Source of the DNA: an uncultured Dehalococcoidia bacterium
Lineage (GTDB): Bacteria > Chloroflexota > Dehalococcoidia > Lucifugimonadales > UBA3495
Assembly: GCA_950072105.1 (NCBI GenBank)
Contig: CATMOE010000011.1
Coordinates: forward strand, 1 to 64,000
Reading direction: 5' to 3'
DNA length: 64,000 nucleotides
The notes under the pieces are model-generated. The model was not told the DNA's origin. It searched no databases and worked only from the letters and a program-made list of their open reading frames with translations. Position numbers and translations under genes: made by a program. This document shows, piece by piece, positions 8,927-18,420 of the stretch. Position 1 is the stretch's first letter. Every line of letters starts with the position of its first letter.

Positions 8927-10459
8927 GTGAAAGCGCTCCTTAGCGTCTACGACAAGACTGGCATCGTCGAGTTTGCCCGAAGTCTAGCGGGCGCGGGATT
9001 CGAGCTGATCAGCACCGGAGGAACCCACCAAACCCTTGCTCAAGAAGGAGGTCTGTCCGTACGGCAGGTCTCGGAGGTAACCGGCTCACCCGAGATTCTC
9101 GACGGCCGGGTCAAGACGCTCCATCCGGTGGTCCACGGCGCCATACTGGCCCGCCGGGATGTTCCGGGCCACATGGCGGAGCTGGCAGAACACAGTATCG
9201 GCCTCATCGACCTGGTGGTCGTCAACCTGTACCCCTTCCAAGCGACCATAAGCAAGCCCGGCGTCACCCTGGACGATGCTCTGGAAAACATCGATATCGG
9301 TGGCCCGACGATGCTGCGGGCCGCCGCCAAGAACTTCCCGTCCGTGACCGTAGTTGTCGACCCTACAGACTACTCTTGGGTGGCTGAAAAGCTGGCGGCG
9401 GACGGTTTAAGCCACGAGGAACGCCGGGCATTGGCGGCCAAGGCATTCCGCCACGTTTCCATGTACGACGCCGCAGTCACCGGCTATCTTGATGTGTCAT
9501 CGGAAGATACGGCCGGCTTGCCGGAAACATTAACCATATCGCTGAACAAGACCGCCTCCCTGCGCTACGGCGAAAACCCCCACCAAGAGGGCGCCCTCTA
9601 CGTGCCGGCGGACAGTGGGACCGGAGGAATCGCCCACGCCCAGCAGTTACACGGCCGGGAGCTTTCCTACAACAACCTGATGGATGCCGACGCGGCCTGG
9701 CGCACCGTTTCCGACTTTGCAGAAACCACCGTGGCCGTAATCAAACATACCAATCCTTGCGGTTTGGCCAGCCATAAGGACCAAGCCGAAGCATACGAGC
9801 GGGCCTATCAGGGTGATTCGGTCTCGGCTTTTGGAGGCATCGTCGGGTATAACCGGACGGTCACCGCCCAAGCCGCGCGGGCGATGGATCCGGTGTTCTA
9901 CGAAGTCGTAGTCGCTCCCGATTACGAGTCCGAGGCCTTGGATATATTGAAGAAAAAACGTAATTTGCGCATCCTGGCGGTGGGGCCGAACACCGGTGGG
10001 CTCGACTACGATCTGCGTCCCATCACCGGTGGAGTGCTAGTCCAGGCGCCAGACGCTCTGGACGAAGACCCAGCCACTTGGGAGACCGCCACCGACCGCT
10101 CTCCGACGGACGCGGAGATGCGGGACCTGGCATTCGCCTGGAAGGCCGCAAAGCATATCAAGTCAAACGCCATCGTGTTCGCTAAAGATCTGACCCTAGT
10201 GGGCATGGGGGCCGGCCAGCCAAACCGCGTGGTCAGCGTCCACTTGGCGGGGCGTGCTGCCGGGGATAAGGCCGCCGGAAGCGTCCTGGCGTCGGACGCC
10301 TTCTTTCCCTTTCCGGACAACATCGAACTTGCGGCGCAGGCCGGAGTCACCGCCATAGTCCAACCCGGCGGCTCGATCCGTGATGCCGAGGTCATAGAAG
10401 AAGCCAACAAGCACAAGCTGGCGATGGTGTTTACGGGCGTACGCCACTTCCGGCACTAG
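8927..10459 (+). CDS. purH: Bifunctional AICAR transformylase/IMP cyclohydrolase
   Basis: KALLSVYDKTG, GRVKTLHP, IDIGGPTM, LRYGENPHQ, ASDAFFPF, FTGVRHFRH. Confidence 0.97.
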   Translation: MKALLSVYDKTGIVEFARSLAGAGFELISTGGTHQTLAQEGGLSVRQVSEVTGSPEILDGRVKTLHPVVHGAILARRDVPGHMAELAEHSIGLIDLVVVNLYPFQATISKPGVTLDDALENIDIGGPTMLRAAAKNFPSVTVVVDPTDYSWVAEKLAADGLSHEERRALAAKAFRHVSMYDAAVTGYLDVSSEDTAGLPETLTISLNKTASLRYGENPHQEGALYVPADSGTGGIAHAQQLHGRELSYNNLMDADAAWRTVSDFAETTVAVIKHTNPCGLASHKDQAEAYERAYQGDSVSAFGGIVGYNRTVTAQAARAMDPVFYEVVVAPDYESEALDILKKKRNLRILAVGPNTGGLDYDLRPITGGVLVQAPDALDEDPATWETATDRSPTDAEMRDLAFAWKAAKHIKSNAIVFAKDLTLVGMGAGQPNRVVSVHLAGRAAGDKAAGSVLASDAFFPFPDNIELAAQAGVTAIVQPGGSIRDAEVIEEANKHKLAMVFTGVRHFRH

Positions 10460-10550
10460 ACCCAACGCAACGCCCTCGCAAATAAGCCCTTCAATGGGAT
10501 TTACCTGGGATAAATAATCGATACGGGATAAATCAAGGCGGGAATTGGAT

Positions 10551-11291
10551 ATGCCTTTGACCATCGACATTGTGGTACCCGTCTACAACGAGGAACAGGC
10601 TCTCCCTCGCAGCATCCTCATCCTAACGGACTACCTTAAGTCCAACGTCATCAACCCTTGGCAGATAATCATTGCCGACAACGCGTCTACCGACAGCACG
10701 CGCTCAGTTTCGGAGATGTTGTGCGAGAGGTATCCTGGAGTGAATTACCTTTACCTGCCCCAGAAAGGCCGGGGCCGGGCACTAAAAGCCGCTTGGATGG
10801 AAAGCACCGCCGACATTGTTAGCTACATGGACGTGGACCTTTCCACCGACCTGGTCCACCTTCCTCAGTTGATCGATTCCATCGAATCAGGGGCACACAT
10901 CGCCATTGGCAGCCGGTTGAGCAAGGAGTCTAAAGTCACCCGGTCATTCCGACGGGAGTTCATCTCCCGCACTTACAACTTGATGATCAAGTCCATGTTT
11001 TTTGCCGGATTCCCTGACGCCCAGTGCGGGTTCAAGGCAATGACTAGGGAAACCGCCAAGACACTGCTGCCGAAGATCAAGAACAACAACTGGTTCTTTG
11101 ACACGGAATTACTGATAATCGCCGCCAAGGGCGGCTTCCAGATCAGCTCCTTGCCAGTCAAATGGGACGACGACCCGGACAGTACCGTAAACGTCGCCGG
11201 GACCGCTACCGAAGATATCAAAGGACTCCTTCGCCTCCGTTTCGGCGGCGTTCCCAAGGTCTCCCCGCCGGCCAGTCCCCGTCGTCGTTAG
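10551..11291 (+). CDS. GT2 glycosyltransferase (polyprenyl-phosphate glucosyltransferase-like)
   Basis: IVVPVYNEE, ADNASTD, YMDVDLS (DxD), DAQCGFKA, WFFDTELL. Confidence 0.9.
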   Translation: MPLTIDIVVPVYNEEQALPRSILILTDYLKSNVINPWQIIIADNASTDSTRSVSEMLCERYPGVNYLYLPQKGRGRALKAAWMESTADIVSYMDVDLSTDLVHLPQLIDSIESGAHIAIGSRLSKESKVTRSFRREFISRTYNLMIKSMFFAGFPDAQCGFKAMTRETAKTLLPKIKNNNWFFDTELLIIAAKGGFQISSLPVKWDDDPDSTVNVAGTATEDIKGLLRLRFGGVPKVSPPASPRRR

Positions 11292-11455
11292 GCGGAGAAT
11301 TGGGCCTGTCTTCGGCCCCTGGACGACGTAGCGACGCACCGCAGATTCTCCCCCAGATCTCTCCTAGCAGATGGTGACGCCCGTCGCCGGATAAGCCAAC
11401 CCTCCGATATTACTGCCAACGTTCCAAATATATCGCGAACGGTCTTGAAGACTAC

Positions 11456-12145
11456 TCATCCATGCTGGCGGTTGACCAAACCACGGACTGGTCCCATTAC
11501 CCGGAGGGCGAACCACCTAGAAAATGCTTCGCCACGCATCTCCGCGAGTGCGATCAACGGCAAAGTCAGTACTCCCAAGATCAACAAGATCATCCGCAAA
11601 CGCCGGGGCCTGTATTCCAACAGCACCTTGTGGTCCCCTGGAGGCAACTGGACTCCGATAAAACTGGGCATCAGCATAACGGTGTCCGTCTCTACCCCAT
11701 CTACGGTGGCTCGCCAGTTTGGATGATAAGTGACTTTCAGCATCAGCAAGCTATCGCGATCCACGCTGACGTCAGCCGCAAAGGAATTACTGCCGACTTC
11801 CTCGGAAAGGACTGTGCCTCGAGATGGGCCTGCGGAGACTTCTACCTTAGAGATCACCCCTGGAGCGGAAGAAAGGGGCATCAACCGCTCATTTCTGCTG
11901 GAAGCGCTGCCCATTAACACTGTCGGGTGCTGCCTAACGCCCGGCAACCCACTGGCCAGCCACCTTGATGCCGCAGGATAGAAGTCTATCTTGTCTCCGC
12001 CAAAGGTCAGGTTTGAGCTGACCAGATCGAAGTAGCCAGTTGTCTCCACTTGATACAAGTGATGGGGACCGAACTGCTGGAGGGGCTTTACGAAATCGGG
12101 GAATCTTTGGCCTTCCGGCGCCACCACGTACCGCGCATTGAAAAG
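11456..12145 (-). pseudogene. 3' remnant of a YfhO-like membrane protein
   Basis: LFNARYVV...TYHPNWRATVDG...VQLPPGDHKVLLEY followed by a C-terminal TM helix; the N-terminal multi-TM part is missing. Confidence 0.65.
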
Positions 12146-12848
12146 GAAGCAACATCACCATCGCCGATCTGTCGCCGAGTCAGGGCGAGGTAGTTGCCGG
12201 CGAGGTGGCGCAGATGAACACAGGGAGCAAGGTCAAGGTGATCGCCTGTGACGTCACCGACCCCAAACAAGTCGACGATATGGTCGCACGATCCATCGCC
12301 GAGTTCGGTAGCGTGGATGTTCTCGTGAATAACGTGGGTTGGACCGTGGACCGGCTGTTCATGGAAAAACCCCGGGAAGAGTGGGAAAAGGAGGTCAAAG
12401 TCAATCTTTGGGGGCCATCAACTGCATCCACGGCGTACTACCGTCCATGATAGAGCGCCAATCCGGCGCCATCGTCAGCATCAGCTCCGACGCCGGACGA
12501 ATGGGCGAATATCGGGAAGCAGTGTATTCCGCCTGTTAAGCCGGAGTGATCGCGCTAAGCAAGTCGATAGCCAGGGAAACAGGGCGCTACGGGTTGAGGC
12601 TGAACATGGTGTGCCCCGGACTGGTGGTGCCCGGCGAGGACGGGTCCATCAGCACCGAGAGCATGTGGAATCAGATGAGGGACATTTTCACCGAAGATGT
12701 ATTGGAGCGGGTGAAACGGGGTTACCTCTTCCGCCGTTTGGCCAAGGGCAGCGAGATCGCCAACGCGGTGGTGTTTCTATCCTCCGACGCCGCCAGTTTC
12801 ATCACCGGCCAGACCCTCAGCGTTAGCGCCGGCTACACCATGATGTAG
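12142..12848 (+). pseudogene. SDR oxidoreductase pseudogene (BadH-like)
   Basis: Lacks the N-terminal TGxxxGIG; CDVT and LVNNVG present; frameshift near 12410; TAA at 12537 inside YSAC(K)AG; C-terminus ITGQTLSV. Confidence 0.85.
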
Positions 12849-12886
12849 CCAAAGATTGCCGATCCACAAAACTTAGTCAAGAAAAG

Positions 12887-12917
12887 TAAACGGCCCCGAT
12901 GATATCGGGGCCGTTTA
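12887..12917. terminator. Perfect 14-bp hairpin between convergent genes
   Basis: TAAACGGCCCCGAT-GAT-ATCGGGGCCGTTTA. Confidence 0.75.
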
Positions 12918-12987
12918 GCATGGCCATTGGCGCTTCGCGGGTTGCTACCCGTCAGGGCGGCGTACCGCTGATCCCAGAATAGTCGTC

Positions 12988-13887
12988 CTAGAGGGCGGCT
13001 ACCTGCTCGCGGAGGGACTCCAACTCTTGAATGAGCTGGGCCTTAGTCTTCCGGGTGTCGGTCTGGCCGTTAGAAGCCTGATTGTTCTGAGCAACCAACT
13101 CCCATGACCGGGCCTCGATCTGGGGCATGATCTCTTGAACCAACTTCTCATCAACCTCGGCGGCGATGGAGGGGTAGCCTGCCCGTTCAATCATGGACCG
13201 CAGGTTTCCGGCCTTGAACTGGTCCAGGGTCCAGCGAAGGGTTTCGCCGGAGGTGGTGACGTCCCAATAAACCCGGACGTCCTGGTTGCGGGGGCCGTAG
13301 TGATAGTGGGGGCCCTTCTGGAAGCAGTCGAATGCCAGTAACTCTACTTCCTGACCAGCAACGTCGGATAAGACGTGAATCGCCATGCCCTCGTCGTTGA
13401 TCTGGGGCAGGTGGCGGTATTCCAGGCCGAATTTCAGGTTGCCGACCTCAATCTTGTCGCCCTCAACCAATTCGGGCATGAGGTGATGCACGGTTCGGCG
13501 TCCGTTCCGGGACAGGTCCCGGCCCGTAGCCTCGGCTTCATCCATGGTCATTGTCGATGCGGGATTGGCTTCAACAGCAGAGGCTAGCTCCTCATAACCG
13601 GCTCGGCGAATCATCGACGGCAGCCGGTGGCGGATGTTGTCCATCGTCCAACCCAGGGGGTTGCCCGCAGTGGTCTTGTCCATATTTAGCCGGATGTTGT
13701 GGTTCTCCGGCCCATAGTGGTAATGAGGAGTCTGGTCGAAGCAGTCGAACCGCAGGATCTCCGTGTCTTTGCCCTCAACCTTGCCATAAACCTGAACGCA
13801 CAAGCCCTGGTCCGGCATTAGGTCGGTCCGGTATTCCATCGCGATATCGACAGCGCCTGCGTTGATTACAGATGTTCCTTTCTCCAC
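12988..13887 (-). CDS. Hypothetical protein with an internally duplicated domain (FDCFxxxPHYHYGP twice)
   Basis: GTG start 6 nt after AAGGAGG; two homologous halves (ILRFDCFDQTPHYHYGP...SMIRRAGY and LLAFDCFQKGPHYHYGP...SMIERAGY). Confidence 0.85.
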   Translation of the reverse strand: MEKGTSVINAGAVDIAMEYRTDLMPDQGLCVQVYGKVEGKDTEILRFDCFDQTPHYHYGPENHNIRLNMDKTTAGNPLGWTMDNIRHRLPSMIRRAGYEELASAVEANPASTMTMDEAEATGRDLSRNGRRTVHHLMPELVEGDKIEVGNLKFGLEYRHLPQINDEGMAIHVLSDVAGQEVELLAFDCFQKGPHYHYGPRNQDVRVYWDVTTSGETLRWTLDQFKAGNLRSMIERAGYPSIAAEVDEKLVQEIMPQIEARSWELVAQNNQASNGQTDTRKTKAQLIQELESLREQVAAL

Positions 13888-14056
13888 GATTGTCCTCCTT
13901 ATCCATTTGTGAGCACCCAAACCGTTACGGGAGGCTTCCTGTCCGGAAGTTGGACCCGCCCCCATTGAGTACCCTACGCCACTGCCGGGTGCGGTCCGGT
14001 GGAACGGCTGGCTAAGCCATTCCAACCATGCCGTACAGAGGCAGTTGTTACCCGGA

Positions 14057-14065
14057 ATTATAGCA
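14057..14065 (-). promoter_or_regulatory. Extended -10 promoter for the 12988..13887 gene
   Basis: TGCTATAAT on the minus strand about 170 nt upstream of the GTG. Confidence 0.55.
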
Positions 14066-14251
14066 TGATAATCGACTCTGGCAAACATTCTGTAGACATA
14101 ACTTTTTATACTCAAATCCTGTTCACTTGCCGGAACATCATAAATGGGTTCAATTCGTTGTTTTGTAATGTCATCTGAACGTCCTCGTTGGTCCAAAATC
14201 CTGGCCGGAGCGAAGTCTAAACGGGAACAGCTACCTCTCGTTGGAGATTTT

Positions 14252-15335
14252 ATGCCGGTCTCGTCATTGCGAAAGTGCCAGTTACCATGGGCTAAGGCGA
14301 TATTGATTGCCGTGTTTTTGATGGCCGGTTGCGGACCATCGGAAGTTGCTGCCCCGCCTTCTCAGTCAAGGCCAGAGCCGACCATGGCATCACCCGATCC
14401 AAAGATCGATTTCCCGCCTGCGCCATCTTTAACCGCAACACTAACCCCAACGATCACACCTGCTCCCGCTCCTACCTACACGCCCCAGCCAACCTACACT
14501 CTCTACCCAACATACACACCTTTACCCACTCCTACTTTATGCCCCACTCCGGCCCAAACAGCCGCTCCCGTGGTAATCACACCCACTTCATCGCCTGCAA
14601 CCACCGGAACAGCGCGTCCTATCCCGACAGCCGCACCGATTCTTAATGCGAAGGATAGCCCGGAAACTCCGGCCGCCTCATTTACGCCAACTCATCCACC
14701 CTCCGCAGCGGCACAAGCCACATCGGTCCCAACGCCCATCTCGGTGGCAGCCGTTACGCCCCGGCCCACGGCCATTCCCGTGGTTCCCCAACATCAACGC
14801 CGAAGCCTCCAACTCCGGCGCCCATCCAGACGCCGTTTCCCACACCATCTCCAACAGCCATTCCAACTGCCACGCCGATTCCTACTCCATCGCCAACTGC
14901 CACAACTGTGCCCGCGCCAACTCCAACCCCTATACCTATTCCCATCCCCACGCCCATCCCCACTGCGACGCCTCCTCCAACATCAACACCGGTACCTGCC
15001 ACCCCGCCACCAGCAGGTAGCGTAGTGATCGAATGCATCTTTTTCGACGGCCTGGTTCCCCGAAGCGAAGCCGACGAATATGTTCGGATCGCCAACCTGA
15101 GCGGCGACTCCAAGACGTGTCCGACGGCTCACCCACATTCACCTTCCCTACTTATTCCATCGTGCCCGGGGAAAGAGTCCGCGTATACACCAATCAAGTG
15201 CACCCGGAATGGGGTGGGTTCTCTTTCCAGCGCGGTAGCTCTATATGGAACAACTCCGACCCGGATACCGCCGGCTTGTTCAACGGTCAAGGAGCGCAGG
15301 TGTCAACCCGAACCTACCCACCGGGCTGCGAGTAG
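14252..15335 (+). pseudogene. Frameshifted Pro/Thr-rich lipoprotein with C-terminal lamin-tail domain
   Basis: MAGC lipobox, PT-rich linker, then IFFDG..DEYVRIAN and FTFP..PGERVRVYT..IWNN..DTAGL split over three frames (breaks near 14787 and 15105). Confidence 0.75.
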
Positions 15336-15557
15336 ATCCGATCCGGGCGCCCTAACCCTCACCAATACTCTCCCCGATTTGACCGCATTATCATGGGTGA
15401 TATACTCCGAATCGCGCCTGTCATGGGCTCGTGGCAGGCATCCGGTGACTGGCCGTTCCAAACAATTAACATTGCATAACGTTGCTTTATAGATAGTTCG
15501 TCGGAGAACCATCCTAGAGAGAAACAGAATGACCGTACGCAAAGGAGCACTTTTAGA

Positions 15558-16496
15558 ATGAAAGTCGCCATCAGTATTCCCCGGTTGCCCGACGGTCCCG
15601 GCCTACGCGCATTCGTCCAGCGGGCTGAGGCTTTGGGTTTCGATGCGGTGCTGGCGGGCGACCACATCGTTCTGCCCACCGGAGGGACCCAACAGTATCC
15701 ATATACGTCCGACGGCTCGTTTTCCCGCCCCGCCGACGAGCCATTCTTAGAAACCATGACGCTGTTGGGATACTTGGCGGCCTGCTCCGAGACGGTCAAG
15801 TTGGGCAGCACCGTTATCATCCTGCCCTATCGAAACCCGGTGGTCCAAGCAAAGATGTTCGCCTCTCTGGACGTTTTGACCAATGGCAGGATGATTTGCG
15901 GCGTGGGTGTTGGCTGGCTGGAGAAGGAGTTCGAGATTCTGGGGGTGCCCTACGCGGAAAGGGGACCCATGACCGACGAGTTTCTGGAGATATTCATCGC
16001 CCTATGGACCCAGCCCGAGCCGGTTTTCCACGGCCGGTTCTACCATGTGGAGGGAATCCAGTTCTACCCCAAACCCATCCAGAAACCCCACATCCCGATC
16101 TGGGTGGGCGGACACACTAGAAGGGCGTTGCGCCGGACTGCCAAGTACGGCGACTGCTGGCACACCACCCGCCAAACCCCTGACTTCGTGGCTCAAAACC
16201 TACCCTATCTTCACCGGCAGATCGAGGAGGCGGGCCGCGACCCGGCGTCCGTATCAATATCCCTGAAGCGCAGCCTGCATTTCACCGACATGGGATTGGG
16301 CGAAGGGAGTTCTGTGCGCAGCGGCGGCGCGATCATCGGCACAACCCAGGAGATCATCGATGACGTTCACTACTGCCGCGAACTGGGCATAGACCAGCTG
16401 ACTTACGACTTCCGGGTGGAGGGGATCGACCAGTCCATCCTAGTGATGGAGCACTTAGCGGACCGGGTACTCCCGGTGGCCGAGCGGCTGGGTTAA
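15558..16496 (+). CDS. LLM-class, probably F420-dependent oxidoreductase
   Basis: AEALGFD..GDHIVLP, LDVLTNGR..GVGVGW, PKPIQKPHIPIWVGG. Confidence 0.9.
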   Translation: MKVAISIPRLPDGPGLRAFVQRAEALGFDAVLAGDHIVLPTGGTQQYPYTSDGSFSRPADEPFLETMTLLGYLAACSETVKLGSTVIILPYRNPVVQAKMFASLDVLTNGRMICGVGVGWLEKEFEILGVPYAERGPMTDEFLEIFIALWTQPEPVFHGRFYHVEGIQFYPKPIQKPHIPIWVGGHTRRALRRTAKYGDCWHTTRQTPDFVAQNLPYLHRQIEEAGRDPASVSISLKRSLHFTDMGLGEGSSVRSGGAIIGTTQEIIDDVHYCRELGIDQLTYDFRVEGIDQSILVMEHLADRVLPVAERLG

Positions 16497-16557
16497 GCGA
16501 CAAGAAGAGATCCGGTAGCGAACAAATGATGGCGCCAAATGGCGGTGGGCGTCCTTT

Positions 16558-17040
16558 CTAACGAACGGTGCCCAGCGCCCGGCGGGCCTCCCGGTCCATG
16601 TCCTTGTTTATCAGCGTCCGCCGCTTATCGTATTGCCGTTTGCCCCGAGCCAGCCCCAGGCCTACTTTGGCGACGTGGCCCTTGATGAAGACGCTTAGAG
16701 CCACGATCGTGACGCCCTTCTCGGCGACTATGCTCTTCAGCTTTGCTATCTCTTCACGGTGCATCAGTAATTTACGCGGCCGCTTCGGGTCGTGATTGTT
16801 GACGCTGCCGGCGTCGTAGGGGGCAATATGGGCGTTGACCAGCCAAAGCTCGCCGTTCTGAGGCCGCGCGTAAGCGTCCCGAAGGTCGATCTTTCCCGCT
16901 CTGATCGATTTGATCTCCGTCCCGGTGAGAACCAGACCGGCTTCATACCGGTCCAAGATCTCGTAGTCGAAGAACGCCTTCCGGTTGGTGGCTACGGTTC
17001 GGGTGGTTTTTTGCGGGCGTTCAGTTTTTTTGGTGGTCAT
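16558..17040 (-). CDS. smpB: SsrA-binding protein
   Basis: NRKAFFDY, EAGLVLTGTEIKSIR, RKLLMH, GKRQYDKR. Confidence 0.97.
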   Translation of the reverse strand: MTTKKTERPQKTTRTVATNRKAFFDYEILDRYEAGLVLTGTEIKSIRAGKIDLRDAYARPQNGELWLVNAHIAPYDAGSVNNHDPKRPRKLLMHREEIAKLKSIVAEKGVTIVALSVFIKGHVAKVGLGLARGKRQYDKRRTLINKDMDREARRALGTVR

Positions 17041-17043
17041 GCC

Positions 17044-18237
17044 TTAGCTGCCTTGGGCGATCTGTTTCCGCAGAAGTTCAATGGCCCGGTTCAGATGGAC
17101 GTCTTCAGAACCGTCCTCCACCTTGTCCAGTTGAACATCGGGCGAGAGACCTTCACCTTCGATCAAGGTGCCGTTAGGAGTAAACCAATGGGCGATAGTA
17201 AAGTTAACTCCGGAGCCATCCTGTAATACCCAAAGATTACTTACGCTGCCCTTGCCGAAGGTCGTGCCCCCGAGAACAGTAGCCCGCTCGTGGTCCATCA
17301 TCGCGCCGGTAAACACTTCGCTGGCACTGGCGCTGAATTCGTTGACCAGAACCACAAAGGGGATTTCCTTGGCTTTCCCCCCGGACTTCACTTTCCAATC
17401 GGTGCGGTGACCCTGAGCGTCGATCTGATAAAGAACCAAACCGTCTTCAAGGAACTGGCTGGTAACGTCTACCACTGAGGTAAGCAACCCTCCGGGGTTG
17501 TTTCGCAAGTCCAAAACGATCCCCGTGCCGCCGGAGTCCTCAAACCTCTTCAACGCGTTCAGCAGGTCCTTATTGGTGGTTTCGGCAAAGTTGAAGATGC
17601 GCAGGTGGCCGATGCCGTTGTCTCCCATGTTTATGCGTACCGAAATGAGGGTAATCACTCCCCTCTCAACATTGATCACTACCGGATCGGTATCATTCCG
17701 GTGCAAGATCAGGAGCTTAACAACAGTACCCTTCTTGCCGCGGATCCTGTTGACCGCCTCCATCAGGCTGATCCCCTCGGCGCTCTCGTCTTCAATCTCC
17801 AGGATAATGTCGCCGGGGCGAATGCCGGCTCTCTCAGCGGGAGTATCGGGCATGGGAGCTAGAATCGTGACCAGCCCGTTCCTGATGCCCACCTCAGCCC
17901 CGATACCTTCGAAAAAGCCCTTCAGATCTTGGGTCGCGATCTTGTATTGTTCCGCGTTGTAGAAGGCCGAATACGGGTCCCCCAGGGCGTCCAACATGCC
18001 TCTGATCGCCCCGTCGCTAACTTCTTGGGGGTCCAGCTTTCCCCCGTTTATGTGCTCCCCTTCCAGGAGCTCCCAAACCTCCAGCAGACGTTCGAACTCT
18101 GGAGGCAATCCATCAAGAGTAGGATCAACATTGCCCGATTGCCCGAGTTGCTGCACGGCACAAGCGGCGGCAAAAGACAAAGCGAAGAAACAGATCAAAG
18201 AGATTAACGAGGCACGGACGAGCCGTGATTTGGTCAC
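17044..18237 (-). CDS. ctpA: S41 C-terminal processing peptidase (PDZ), lipoprotein
   Basis: LGDPYS, GIGAEV, LDLRNNPGG, SASASE, TFGKGSV. Confidence 0.92.
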   Translation of the reverse strand: MTKSRLVRASLISLICFFALSFAAACAVQQLGQSGNVDPTLDGLPPEFERLLEVWELLEGEHINGGKLDPQEVSDGAIRGMLDALGDPYSAFYNAEQYKIATQDLKGFFEGIGAEVGIRNGLVTILAPMPDTPAERAGIRPGDIILEIEDESAEGISLMEAVNRIRGKKGTVVKLLILHRNDTDPVVINVERGVITLISVRINMGDNGIGHLRIFNFAETTNKDLLNALKRFEDSGGTGIVLDLRNNPGGLLTSVVDVTSQFLEDGLVLYQIDAQGHRTDWKVKSGGKAKEIPFVVLVNEFSASASEVFTGAMMDHERATVLGGTTFGKGSVSNLWVLQDGSGVNFTIAHWFTPNGTLIEGEGLSPDVQLDKVEDGSEDVHLNRAIELLRKQIAQGS

Positions 18238-18420
18238 GGAGGTCGTCTCCTAAACAGCAAAATTACTCGTGGGGTATCACTCGTGGGATTGGCCGGGTCT
18301 CAGGCCACATTGTATCACAGGGCAGAGTTACACCCCTCGGTGTTCATGCGTGGAGGGCGGGTCTTGACCGCCTAAGTACGGCAGTCTACCCTTGCCGTTA
18401 CCACTCAGGAGATTGATGAC

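Noticed and set aside
13888..14196. N-terminal 103-aa extension of ORF 12988..14196
   Set aside because: A strong SD precedes the GTG at 13887 and a promoter-like motif lies inside the extension.
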